A stretch of 64,000 bases of DNA, taken from contig OZ244999.1 of assembly GCA_965223265.1 (NCBI GenBank), forward strand, positions 4,384,001 through 4,448,000, read 5' to 3'. Position numbers and translations under genes: made by a program. The stretch is from Planctomycetota bacterium (lineage in GTDB: Bacteria > Planctomycetota > UBA8108 > SXIK01). Positions within the stretch are counted from its first letter, which is position 1. Every line of letters begins with the position of its first letter. Below, piece after piece: positions 1 to 10,500 of this stretch. The notes beneath the pieces were generated by a model that did not search any database, was not told the DNA's origin, and was given only the letters and a program-made list of their open reading frames with translations.

Positions 1-56
1 TCGGAACGACACTTGCCACACCACGAATGTTCCCCCACCTCGGCCAGCGAGCGATC

Positions 57-539
57 ATGAACCAGAAGAAACCGATCGACCTCCTCGACCGCGCGACATC
101 CACCGTCGACACCGACCAACTCGTGGATCGTGGCGTGCAGCAGCTTCGGATTCTCAGCGAATCGCGCTTCCTCGACCTTGTTCACTCGATGGTCCACGAC
201 ACACTGCGCGAGCACCTGAACGCCGAGGCCGAGGCCGACGCCGCTGCGCCGCAGCGTGCGACCGGTGACGTCACGCCACACGACCAAAAGCTGGAGCGCG
301 AGTACCAGAGGCGCTGGGACCTTTTGCGTAGCCAACATGACCGCAGCGTGCGGCAGACGGAGCGACGCATCGAACGACTCTCCCAGGTCATGCGCAAGCT
401 GGAGCGAGCGCTCAAACGGCAGCAAGTGCGAGCCGCGACGCGCGCTGCGACCGGCACCGACGCCGAGAAGCCCTCACGCGATCAAAAGTCACTGCTGCGC
501 GAAATGCTGCTGAGCGAGAACGACGACGCCGGCGCCTGA
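57..539 (+). CDS. hypothetical protein, predicted coiled-coil
   Basis: Open frame 27-539; ATG at 57 is the more likely start; heptad-like helical segment (QTERRIERLSQVMRKLERAL); no family recognised. Confidence 0.6.
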   Translation: MNQKKPIDLLDRATSTVDTDQLVDRGVQQLRILSESRFLDLVHSMVHDTLREHLNAEAEADAAAPQRATGDVTPHDQKLEREYQRRWDLLRSQHDRSVRQTERRIERLSQVMRKLERALKRQQVRAATRAATGTDAEKPSRDQKSLLREMLLSENDDAGA

Positions 540-547
540 TAGCCCAG

Positions 548-682
548 CAGCCTGTTGAAAAAGCGCGTCGAGTCGAATTTCGCCCCGGCCTAGGCTAGGA
601 GCGTGGCCAAGCGAGCCGCTCGCTTCGAGGTAAAACTGGTCGCTCGCGTTCAGATCAGCCGAATGACTCTTTCAACGAGCTG
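548..682. mobile_element. MITE-like remnant with imperfect terminal inverted repeats
   Basis: CAGCCTGTTGAAAAAG (548-563) vs reverse complement of CTCTTTCAACGAGCTG (667-682), 13/16 identical; resembles IS5/IS1182-type ends; lies between convergent genes; no transposase. Confidence 0.45.
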
Positions 683-818
683 TTCGGTTGAGAGAGTGCT
701 TTCAGCGTCACGACCATGGCGGCAAGTGCGGCGCACTCAAGCGCTCAGGCCACATCGCGTGGCACATCGCATGGCGACGAGCCTGGAATCAATGCCAGGC
801 AGAGGATCACCGGCAGCG

Positions 819-1046
819 TCACTTCGCTTCGGGGGTGGCCTCGGTCTCTTCCTCTTCCTTCTTCTTCTTTTCTTTACCGCGCTTGCGGATTTTGAGGACA
901 CGCACTTTGGGCAGACCGTAAGGTGACCCCTCTTCCTCCTGCCAGCGTCCTGTCCGCCGCAGCTCGAGGATGCGCTCGTAGCGCGTCAAAACATTGCGCG
1001 CTCGGATCAGATTGCCTTTGGTGACGAGACTCTTGTGGATGCTCAT
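819..1046 (-). CDS. PVC-superphylum small basic protein (TIGR04137-like)
   Basis: [18 protein letters not shown]...GRW....[10 protein letters not shown] plus a Lys-rich tail matches the PVC signature protein. Confidence 0.9.
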   Translation of the reverse strand: MSIHKSLVTKGNLIRARNVLTRYERILELRRTGRWQEEEGSPYGLPKVRVLKIRKRGKEKKKKEEEETEATPEAK

Positions 1047-1063
1047 AGATCGCAGCTCACAGG

Positions 1064-1116
1064 ATATTCACACACTGTATTCATACACCTGTATTCATAC
1101 ACTTCGTATTCACACG
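1064..1116. repeat. four-copy direct repeat TATTCA(C/T)AC
   Basis: Copies at 1065, 1078, 1092 and 1107 (spacing 13/14/15), immediately upstream of the small basic protein gene. Confidence 0.7.
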
Positions 1117-1307
1117 CGTTGCAGACGTGCCGACAGGATTGTCGCAACCCGCCGCGTCACCTCAACACCGAAAAAGCTCGACTCTCGTCTGGACGCGGGG
1201 TAGGAGCTCGCGTCTCGTGGAGTCCGCTGGGGCGGCGACGCCAAGCGCGCTATTTTAGCGTTTCGGTTGCTGACAACAAGCAGTTTTCGTCGGCCGAGAC
1301 TCCCGCT

Positions 1308-2189
1308 CTACCCCGGCTCGAGAACCCCATCGCCGAGCGACACCCCGAGCACTCGGGCCGTGACAGCACACTTGACGCGGAGAAGAAAGAAAATCGACTT
1401 GGCCTTCCCCTCATTGCGTAGGTCATCGCCCTCCAGCGTCTGATAGGCCGCCTGGCCTTTGGCGATGACAAGATCGGAGGACTGATACTGCTCCCGAAAC
1501 TCCTGTGAGCAGGCGTTGAGAGGGACACCAAGGCAATCGATTCCCACGTCGATCAGCTCGGCAACTTCGCCGAGGCCGACCGCCTCGGCCTCGGCGCGCG
1601 TGGCATCAGCAAGAACTGGTATCTCGCGCAAAGTTGACAGCACTGCCGCCTTCGGTTTTTCCATCTTCTCGATCAGCAGCCGGTCGAAAAAGAGCTCGCC
1701 GGCGGCATCGTGGACGAAAAGGATCTTCTCGGCGCTCTCCACCGCCTGGCGAAAATCCTCGACGTGGTCGAGCGCCAGCGGCACCTTCTCAAAGCCACTG
1801 ACGAGCTTTTTGAGCGAAAAACCCTTGGCGAAATCCTGGCGGAGTTCGCAGTCGAGAATGTTCGCGGCGATGGAAAGGTGCAGAGCGGCAAGAAACGGGT
1901 CCGGTTTGTCGTCGACAACGGAGCGAATCCAATCTGCGTTGGTCGTCGTCTCCGCGATCCAGCGCTCCTTCTCGTCGTCGTACGGATCGCTGACGCCGAG
2001 CGCCTTCGCAGTCCGCCGCGCCACCCCGTGCATGAGCTCGGCCGGCGTCGCGACCTCGTCCACCTTCGCAAGGTCCTGCATGCCGTCGGCTAGAATCTTG
2101 CGATGCAGCCAGTCATCGCTCGTTTTGCGATCGGCCGTGTGAAGAAGCCGTCGAAGACAACAGGGGATGCACTCTGGTTGGTTGTTCAT
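1308..2189 (-). CDS. DUF89/ARMT1-like damage-control phosphatase family protein
   Basis: N-terminal CIPC, DPY, ANILD, HDAAGELFFD, DAT, IAKGQ and FFLLRVKC motifs; start reassigned to ATG 2189. Confidence 0.85.
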   Translation of the reverse strand: MNNQPECIPCCLRRLLHTADRKTSDDWLHRKILADGMQDLAKVDEVATPAELMHGVARRTAKALGVSDPYDDEKERWIAETTTNADWIRSVVDDKPDPFLAALHLSIAANILDCELRQDFAKGFSLKKLVSGFEKVPLALDHVEDFRQAVESAEKILFVHDAAGELFFDRLLIEKMEKPKAAVLSTLREIPVLADATRAEAEAVGLGEVAELIDVGIDCLGVPLNACSQEFREQYQSSDLVIAKGQAAYQTLEGDDLRNEGKAKSIFFLLRVKCAVTARVLGVSLGDGVLEPG

Positions 2190-2383
2190 CTGATCAACGC
2201 TGGCACGCATCGCAGCCGCGGCAGGGATCCCGGGACACCGACTCAGGCCCGAAATGGAGAGGACAATCCCGCCGCAAAAGAGAAGTTTTAAGAGCTTGCC
2301 GCTAACATCGGTGCGGCGCGGGCACAAGCTAAAGCGTTCACGACGATCGATTGGTTATCGGGCCGCGGAGGTCGCATGCCGCA

Positions 2384-5281
2384 TCACGACCCGGCGCGCG
2401 GATCTCGCCATCTCACGTAGGCGCCCTGGAAATTGTCCATGTACGCCTTTTGATAAGGCCGTTCAAGCGCTTTTCGCTTCAGAGTTTCACACACCGCGGT
2501 CGCGGAGGCGTCGTCGCCGAACTTTTCGCGCAGATGCACTTCGAAAATCGGCTGGCCCTCCTTGTAGCCATGCGGCTCCAGTCGGCATGGAAACCCAAGG
2601 CTGTCGAAGTAGGCAACGACACCGTTCGCCTCCTCGCGAAAGCAAAGACTGCGGACGATGACCGACCAGCCTCGGTAGGACCGCTCGGGCGTGGCGAGCT
2701 GAAGTTCTCCCTCGAAAGCGCCGCCAACCGTGGTGGCCGGCGTGGCACGACCCTGGGCTCCGTCTGGATCCATCGGTGAGATAATCGGCGCGCCGACGAA
2801 AGCTGTGATCCGATCGTTATCGCCCTCATCCAGAGCATCATCGTCAAGAGCATCACCGTCAAGAGCGTCATCGTCAACTGCACCGCGCTCGTCCATGTCG
2901 CCCGCGTCGGCCTCACCGAGCGCCTCACGAGCTGCGCCGGGCAGCTCGGAGGCCGAATCATCGGCAGTCTGCGGTGCCGCGTCTAACGATATTCCTGGTC
3001 GCGGCGTCGCATCGACACGCGGCGAGCGCTCTGCTGAGAGCTCCTCGCTCCCCAGTTGGTTCCTCAGATCACCGCCGAATGCCAAGGTGAACTGATCGCG
3101 CTCCAGCTGTCTTTTGCCGGTGATTTCGCCCTGGACGAACACCAGCCCGGCGCCGACCACAGCCAACAGCCCGACGACGAACATCGTCCCAACGCGCACC
3201 TCAATGCGTCGACTCAAAAGTCGCGAAGCTTCGGGACCCAGAAGCTTCTTAGTGCTCGCACTGCAGCGTTTGGCCGCCGCGACGAGGCGCTCGCGGCGCC
3301 GCCCCTTTTGGGCCTCTCCGGAAAGAATCTCAGTCTTGGATTCGGCCTCGGCGGATTCGGCCACCTCGCCCGCGCCCGGAGCCGTGGCTGCGAGCGCTGC
3401 TTCACCAACACCGTCGTGGCTCACGACCTCGTGCTGGCGTTGAGCCCCCTGCTCGCGCCGCGCCCGACCGCGACGACGACGCGATGAGCGCCGCTTTTCG
3501 GCGCTGTTTTCGCTGCTGTCGCGCACACTTTCGCCTTGCTGGCGGGGCGCGGAATCTTGGTCCGCGGCGCCAGCGTCGACTTCACGCCAGCGACGACGAC
3601 GGCGGCCGGAATCTTCCCCCTGCGGCCCGAACGCCTGCTGCGGTGGCGACACGCCGCCGGTAGCTTCCTCACACTCGACCGCAGGTAGCGTCTCGCGGCT
3701 CGCCCCCGAACGCCGGCGGGTGGTCTGATCAGGCCGACGCTGACGAGCGCGACGCTTGGTGCCGCCGGAACCGCTCGACGCAGCAGTGCGGGCGCGCGTC
3801 CGCGACGTGGCGACGTTTCGACGGCGCTCGCCACCCTCCGAAGGACCAAGATTCTGTGGATCTACACCGGGCTGAGCAGGCTCGTCAGCGCCACTGGAAT
3901 CGCTCACCACCGGGACTCCATCCCCAACGCCGGGTGCTACATCGAGCGTCGCTTCGAGACTCTCAGCCGCCTGCTCGACGGAGGCACACGCCGCGGCCAC
4001 CGCGACGAGCTCGGGCTGATCAGGGAGGTCGACACCCTGTGGCGACCGGGCCTGCTGCGAAACCGCGCGATCGCGGTCACCCGCGGGCACCTCACGCCGT
4101 CGTCTCGAGCGACGGCGACGGCGGCGGCGCGACTTCCTCGTTTTGCGCTCCGGCGACATCGAACCGACCTCGTTTTCCCCGCCGCCTGGACTGGCATCCA
4201 CTGGACTGGTACTGAGTGGACCGCTACCGACTGGATCGCCGAACGGAGCCCCCCCGGTGCGGGCCGCTGGTGCGCCCGCGCCTTCCAAGTCACGCAGGCG
4301 ATTACGCCGCAGCGGGTGGGCGACCGCCTCGTCGAAGATGGCAGGCTCAGACGGCGCCCCCGGAGACCGCATCGCAGCCGCGGGCATCGCGGACTCGTTG
4401 GCTGCGGAGAAAAGCTCGAAGCGTGACGCCGAACCGGAAGGGAACGCCTCACTACCGCGTTGCGGCTGGCCAACGTGCGGGCTGAGGCCGTCGAGATCGC
4501 CGTCTGCCAAAGCGCCGGGTGTCATCAGTTCGCTGGGTCTCCGATCGTCGCCCGCCCGGTGATGATGGTCTCGAACTCGATTCCCATGCGAGTCTTCCGT
4601 CACTGCCCACGGCTCCGCTGGTGTCCGGTCGCGCACGGCCGAACTGTCCGTTTCGCCACTGGTCGGTGAATCTGCGGGCTCGATCAACGGTGCGGATCCA
4701 GCGCCCCCCCGCGGCGACGCGAGGCGGCGCCAGCCCAGTCGGCGCGATGGCGAATGGCCGGAGTACTCGCTCTGATCGACCCCGAGCGGCACCTCCATGT
4801 CGTGTGCGACACTCTGATCTGGGCGCTCGCTGGCCCCTGGCGGCGCCTCTGACGACGCTGCGGCTCTGGTTTCACGGGGCCAACGTCCACTTGGCCACGG
4901 CAGCGCCGGCGCGCTCCGCCGACTGACAGACTCAAGACTCCGTCGTGGTCGCAGCAGCGGCTCGCTGGCAGCATGGCCACGTGGCCGCCCCTGCGCGGGC
5001 CGTGCGCCGCGCCAGCTCGTCACCCGCGAAGTCGCTTCCGACGTGGCTCCCGAAGCCGGATCGGCGTCCGACGCGGGTGTCTGACCCTCAAGGCTAGGGC
5101 TCTCAAGGCTAGGGCCCTCAAGGCTAGGGAGCGTGGCTGACGGCAAGGCGATCGCCCCATCGCCCGATGCGATGTGGAGGCTCTCAGCTTCGACGTCCTT
5201 TGGCTCGCGAGCCTCGTCGCTGTGCTGCGCAAGTCGGTACAGGATCTCGAACGCCTCGGCCGTATTCTTCCGGCGGACCAT
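2384..5281 (-). CDS. bitopic membrane protein with long disordered N-terminus and C-terminal SPOR-like domain
   Basis: GGAGGAGGAG RBS before ATG 5281; ~700 aa low-complexity region with Arg clusters; one TM (VGTMFVVGLLAVVGAGLVFV); acidic linker; C-terminal beta-alpha-beta-beta-alpha-beta pattern (WSVIVRS...EEANGVVAYF...FEVHL). Confidence 0.65.
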   Translation of the reverse strand: MVRRKNTAEAFEILYRLAQHSDEAREPKDVEAESLHIASGDGAIALPSATLPSLEGPSLESPSLEGQTPASDADPASGATSEATSRVTSWRGARPAQGRPRGHAASEPLLRPRRSLESVSRRSAPALPWPSGRWPRETRAAASSEAPPGASERPDQSVAHDMEVPLGVDQSEYSGHSPSRRLGWRRLASPRGGAGSAPLIEPADSPTSGETDSSAVRDRTPAEPWAVTEDSHGNRVRDHHHRAGDDRRPSELMTPGALADGDLDGLSPHVGQPQRGSEAFPSGSASRFELFSAANESAMPAAAMRSPGAPSEPAIFDEAVAHPLRRNRLRDLEGAGAPAARTGGAPFGDPVGSGPLSTSPVDASPGGGENEVGSMSPERKTRKSRRRRRRRSRRRREVPAGDRDRAVSQQARSPQGVDLPDQPELVAVAAACASVEQAAESLEATLDVAPGVGDGVPVVSDSSGADEPAQPGVDPQNLGPSEGGERRRNVATSRTRARTAASSGSGGTKRRARQRRPDQTTRRRSGASRETLPAVECEEATGGVSPPQQAFGPQGEDSGRRRRRWREVDAGAADQDSAPRQQGESVRDSSENSAEKRRSSRRRRGRARREQGAQRQHEVVSHDGVGEAALAATAPGAGEVAESAEAESKTEILSGEAQKGRRRERLVAAAKRCSASTKKLLGPEASRLLSRRIEVRVGTMFVVGLLAVVGAGLVFVQGEITGKRQLERDQFTLAFGGDLRNQLGSEELSAERSPRVDATPRPGISLDAAPQTADDSASELPGAAREALGEADAGDMDERGAVDDDALDGDALDDDALDEGDNDRITAFVGAPIISPMDPDGAQGRATPATTVGGAFEGELQLATPERSYRGWSVIVRSLCFREEANGVVAYFDSLGFPCRLEPHGYKEGQPIFEVHLREKFGDDASATAVCETLKRKALERPYQKAYMDNFQGAYVRWRDPRAGS
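5085..5129. repeat. 15-bp tandem repeat x3 within CDS (PSLE[G/S])
   Basis: ccctcaaggctaggg ctctcaaggctaggg ccctcaaggctaggg. Confidence 0.85.
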
Positions 5282-5612
5282 GGCTCCTCCTCCTCCTCCA
5301 CACCGCTGCCGAGAACTGCGCTCCAGAGATCCGCGAGATCGATCGCAACCGGTCACGATCACGATGGGTGTCAACCATGGTGCCGGGCTGGCACCACTCG
5401 GATGCTCGAGCGCGTCTCGTGGTCTCCGGCATCGCCCCCACCCAGCGACGCCCGGACCCTTCACGGTGCCGAGTTCTTCACCTTCAAATCACTTCCTCTG
5501 TCACTATCCGCTCGTCTTGGAAGGTCGCCGAGATTGGGGATTCAGCGCGTCTCGCGCGAACCCCCGACCACGCCACCCAGCGGCCACTTCCTCTCAAGCC
5601 AAACGCAGCAAA

Positions 5613-5692
5613 CTTCCGAAAACAGTCAAAAACGCTGCGATGAACCGGTGGCGAAAGGCGTCGCGATCTTCCGAAAAGCAATCTTCCGAAAA
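5613..5692. promoter_or_regulatory. repeated CTTCCGAAAA motif in a divergent promoter region (possible operator)
   Basis: Exact copies at 5613, 5668 and 5683; reverse complement at 21995-22004. Confidence 0.3.
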
Positions 5693-5999
5693 GATAGCTC
5701 CGATTGTGCGGAATGCAAGCACGGAGACAAAAGACCGCCCCCGAGCCGCCGTCGCCGCCCGGATCAGTGGAAGCGAGGTGGATGGTCGCGGTAGAATCCC
5801 ACCGGGCCTGTTTATCGGACCGATCCGCATCGATGGACGCGCTCACACCGGCCGCCTGCCGCTACGTGAGACCAGCGCGCGCTCGATCACCGCCAGTTCG
5901 CACGGCGTTTTCGCCGATGACTTTCATGCCCGCGCGCGTCGTCGAAAGGCGGCGAGCCGAGCGCATTTTTTTGACCACCAATCGAGACTCTGCGTCACC

Positions 6000-7493
6000 A
6001 TGCTCAAAGCGGATTCTTCGTCCCGACGGCTTCTCACCTTCGCCCTCACGCTCATCCTGTGCATGCAGCCGCTCGCGGCACGCTCACAAGAGCCCTCCCG
6101 GTCGAGTTCCGCGCCCAACCCAGCAGCTACGCCGAAGGAGGCTGCTCCCGGCGGCGAAAATGGCACCGCAGCGGATGACGAAAATGGGCCGACGCCAGCG
6201 AGGCCAACGATTTCTGTCCGTGTCGAGCACACCAGCGGGAGTGAACTCTTGACCGGAAACGACGGACAGGAGCTGAGACTCGTCACCTCGAGCGGTGGAC
6301 AACCTGCTCGCCTCGAGTTCGGCAGTAAGCGCTGGCAGCTCGCCGACATCTCCTACGTCAGATGGCTACAGCCCGCGGCGCGCGCGCTCAAAGCCAAAGA
6401 CTGGCTGCTCGTTCTCAAGGGTGGCGACGTGGTGCGCTGCCAGGTCGAAAGCGGCGACGGCGATCAGATCAAGGTTCGCGTCGCCGCTGGCATCCATCCG
6501 GGCGAAATGGTGGTCGGGCTTGAGTCGGTCCAAGCCGTGATCGCAGACGAAGCGATGACCGGCATCCCAGGCCGACTTGAATACGCGCCGGAGGTCCGGG
6601 CCCGCACGCTGCGCCGCGTCCTGGGGATGCGCCCCGGCGACGATGTGGCCCTTCTGCGCGCCTCCGTTTCAGATCCGGCATCCGGCGGCAAACTCGAAGG
6701 TCTCGTCGAATCGATGTCGCCCACGCAGGTGACACTGACGTCCGATCGGCTGGGAAAAATCGAAGTCGAATACGATCGCCTTCTCGCGGTTGTGATCTCT
6801 TCGGACCCCGACGAGGACGCCCCTGACTCGCCGCACCATCGCCTCCGCGCCGCGGGCGAAGCCCAGCTGCAGCTCAGCGATGGGTCGACGCTCTCCGGCC
6901 GCCTCACTGCCATGGGCAGCGGCGAGGTCGGTCTCGAGCATGAGATTCTGGGCGATCTCCGCGTCGACAGCTCAATGATCAATTCGATGGCACTCTTCGG
7001 AGGCCATCTCCGCTACATCTCGGATTTGAAGGTGAGCCGAGCCCTCGAGTTTCCCGGGCCATTCTTCAAGAAGTCGAAACGCTACGCGTTCAAACGAGAT
7101 TTCAGCGTCTTCTTCGGCCCGCTACGGCTGCAGAATCGTGTTTATCGAAAGGGGCTGGGCGTCCATTCGTTCTCGCAGCTCGACTTCGATCTCGAGGCGT
7201 CTGACGAGCTGTTTCTTGCCACCATCGGCATCGACGACAGCGCTCGTCCCGTCGATCCCCGATTGGCCGAACAAGGTGTCGCCGAGGTTGTGTTCCGAGT
7301 CAAGGTCGACGGCGAGCAGCGCTTCGAGAAGCGACAGTCCTGGCGCGACGAACCCGCTGACGTCGAAGTGGACGTTCGCGGCGGCAAGAAACTGACCCTC
7401 GAGGTCGACTTCGGTGGCCCCGCCGGCACGATGAACTCAGCTCTCGGTCGTGCCAACTGGGCGGAGGCGCGACTCGTGAAAGCGGCGAAATGA
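6000..7493 (+). CDS. secreted NPCBM/NEW2 domain protein
   Basis: Signal peptide from ATG 6000 (RRLLTFALTLILCMQPLAA); C-terminal YISDL...KGLGVHS...IGIDDS...VFRVKVDG...LTLEVD...ANWAEARL is typical of NPCBM. Confidence 0.8.
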   Translation: MLKADSSSRRLLTFALTLILCMQPLAARSQEPSRSSSAPNPAATPKEAAPGGENGTAADDENGPTPARPTISVRVEHTSGSELLTGNDGQELRLVTSSGGQPARLEFGSKRWQLADISYVRWLQPAARALKAKDWLLVLKGGDVVRCQVESGDGDQIKVRVAAGIHPGEMVVGLESVQAVIADEAMTGIPGRLEYAPEVRARTLRRVLGMRPGDDVALLRASVSDPASGGKLEGLVESMSPTQVTLTSDRLGKIEVEYDRLLAVVISSDPDEDAPDSPHHRLRAAGEAQLQLSDGSTLSGRLTAMGSGEVGLEHEILGDLRVDSSMINSMALFGGHLRYISDLKVSRALEFPGPFFKKSKRYAFKRDFSVFFGPLRLQNRVYRKGLGVHSFSQLDFDLEASDELFLATIGIDDSARPVDPRLAEQGVAEVVFRVKVDGEQRFEKRQSWRDEPADVEVDVRGGKKLTLEVDFGGPAGTMNSALGRANWAEARLVKAAK

Positions 7494-7595
7494 TTCTCCG
7501 CATCGGGTTCTGCTCGGCGGGTCTGCCGACGGCGTCGTGGCCACCCGACTGGCACGGAGTTCCCACCTTGCCGCGCCAACTGAAAGGATCGCCTC

Positions 7596-10500
7596 ATGCA
7601 TGCTCGTAACCTGCTCGCTCTCGCACTGGTTGCCATGCTGCCTTGCGATGCAATTGGTCAGGCGCAGCCATCAGCCGCGGCAGCAGGCTTTCTGCGAGCC
7701 GAGGCAAGACTCGCCCAGGGCGACTCTAAGGAAGCCATCGACGCATACCGCCAGGCCCTGGCGGCCGCAGCACTTGCCGCCGCGCCTGACGCGCTGCTCA
7801 TCGCAGAAATCGAGCTGGCGATCCATCGCCTCTTCGAGCTCGGACTGATTTACGGCGACGCTCGCGACGATCTCGCGGCGTTGAGAGTGTGGTCAGAGAC
7901 CTCCGCCGAACCGCGCCTTGCCGCCTTAGCAAAACGGCGCCTCGCAATCACCTTGGCACGCCTCGGTAGGCCCATTGAGGATGTTCGCAGCGTGCTCGCT
8001 CCACTCCTCTACTTGGAGCGCTATCGCGTCATCGGTCCGTTCGACAACGAACGCGGCGGCGGCTTCAAAACGCCGTACACGCCGGAAGAAGAGATCGACC
8101 TCGCGGCCTCTTACAGCGGCAAGACCCGTAGCGTCGCGTGGCGTGAGCTGCCGGTCACCCCCGTCGTCGGGGCCATCGAGCTCTCAGCGCTCTTTGACCC
8201 TGACTCAGAGGCGGTCGTCTACGCCCTCACCTACGTCCACTCGGAGCGCGCCCAACCTGCGGCTCTGCAGCTGGGAACGAAAGACGCCTACCGCGCCTGG
8301 GTCAACGGCCATGAGGTCGCGTCGAAAGACGTGAGGCGCCCGTTCCGCCACTCCCAGGACTCGATCGGCATCTGGCTCGAGGAGGGATGGAATCGCGTTC
8401 TCTTCAAGCTCGCGCACGGAAAAGGTCGATGGGTGTTCGCAGCCAGACTCAGTCGTCCTGACGGCAGCCCGCTTCTCGGCGTCCACGAAGGCTTTCCTCA
8501 AGTGGACGAGACGGCCGTGGCAACGCCCTCGCAGGAGCGAGAAACGCCGCTGGTAACGAAAAACGCGCTCGAGGCGCTCACGACGCTCGCGAGCAACGAC
8601 ACGAAAAACGGTCGCGCAGCATATTTGCTGGGGACGCTCCTGCGCCTGCGGCGGGCTCATGACGACGGTGAACACCCTGACACAGAGTGGCTCAAACGAG
8701 CCGTGCAGATCGATCCGAAGAGCGCGATGTTCCACCTCGAGCTCGCGGCAAGCTATCGACGCGAGGCGACGATTGCTGCGCAGCGCGACGAAAACGACTG
8801 GCGGCGTGCGACAGAAGCCGCCGCTGATCTCGGCGCCGCCCTCGCCGCGTATCGTTTGGCCGAGTACTACGAGCGTCAGTTCGGCAACCATGAACGCGCA
8901 CTCCACTATCTCGACATGGCAGAGAGTTCCAACCTGCACTATGAGGAAGCGGCGTTGCTGCGCGGCTCCATCGATGCGGCGCGAAGGTTTCCACGCGCCG
9001 CCGAACGCACCAACGCGAAACTTCGAAAGCTTCCCGCCCTCTCTGTAGCATCGCGACTAAGACTCGCTCAGTCGGATGTGGCCCGCGGTCGGCTCGCAGC
9101 CGCGATCGAAAGCACCGCGGCGATCGTCGATGCCGACCAGCTGCAACTCAACGCCGTCAGCCGACTCGCGAAGTGGCTGCTGGCCTCGGCTCAATTGGAA
9201 GCCGCAGTCGAGGTTGAGAAAAGGTCGCTCGCATTGCGCCCATTCGACATCGAGGGCTTACGAAGAATTGCCAGCGCTTTCATCGGTCGCGATCGCCACT
9301 CCGAAGCGCTCGACACCATCGAAGCGGCCCTCCGAATCCGCCCGACCGATCACAAGCTCCACGAAACGAAAGGCTTGATTCTCCGGCGGCTTGGCGCGCG
9401 CGACGCCGCCCTCGCCAGCTTCGATGAGGCCCTGCGCCTACAGCCCAACCTACCCCGCGTGCGCGAGTACGTCGAGTTCCTGCGGAATCGACCCGACGAA
9501 TTCGCCTCCCGTTTTCGCCGCGATACCAGCGCGCTCATCGCGGCCGCACGTGAGGCGGCTCGTAGCGGTTCGTTGCCGGCCGAGGACGTAGGACCTGCTC
9601 GAATCCTGCTCGAGCTCAACGCGGTCGACATCAACATCGACGGCACTGCTAAGGAGTTCGCGCACGTCGTCACTCAAGTCCTCAACGATCAAGGAATCCG
9701 CCTTTATGACCAGTTCAGCGCCGGGTATGCCGGTGGCGAGGAGTCTCTGGAGTTCAAGAAGGCCACAGTGCACCACGCCGACGGCTCGGTGAGCGAAGCG
9801 CGGCTGCGCCGATTCGGCGGCGACGGCGGTAGGAGCGACGGCGGGTACCGCCGCGGCAGCGTGGATTTGCCTCCCGTCGCACGCGGCGACGTGATCGAAG
9901 TCGAGTTCGTTCGTGAGGATCTGAAACAGAGCTTCTTCGGCGACTACTTCGGTCGCCGCGAAGTCTTTCAGCGTCAAGTCGATATCAGCGAAAAGACCTT
10001 CATCCTCGAACTACCGTCGTCGAGAAGCGTGACGTTCCACAAGCGCAACTTCACGGTCGAGCCTGAGTTTGAGGCTGGCGAGCGGGACGACGTCCAGACG
10101 TACCGCTGGACACTCCGCGACGTAGAGAAGCTCGACGCCGAGCCCGGACAACCACCGACGACGGAAGTCAGTCCGGTTCTCGAGATTTCGACGTTCGCCG
10201 ATTGGCACGCGTTCGGTTCGTGGTACTGGAACTTGATCCGCAAGCAATTCGAGTCGAGTCCGGAAATTCGGCGCCAAGTCCGCGAGCTCACTAGCGGCCT
10301 TGACGACGACCTCGACAAGGTCCGCGCCATCTACAACTACGTCACTACTGAGGTTCGCTATAACGCGTGGGAGTTCGGCGTACATGGATTCAAGCCCTAC
10401 AACGCTGCCACGATCTTTGCGCGCAAGTTCGGCGACTGCAAAGACAAGTCGACACTCATCAGCGTCATGCTCAACGAGATCGGAATCGACTCCCACCCGG

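Noticed and set aside
5133-5999. N-terminal extension of the 786-aa ORF
   Set aside because: Overlaps the divergent gene and promoter region; the signal peptide begins at ATG 6000
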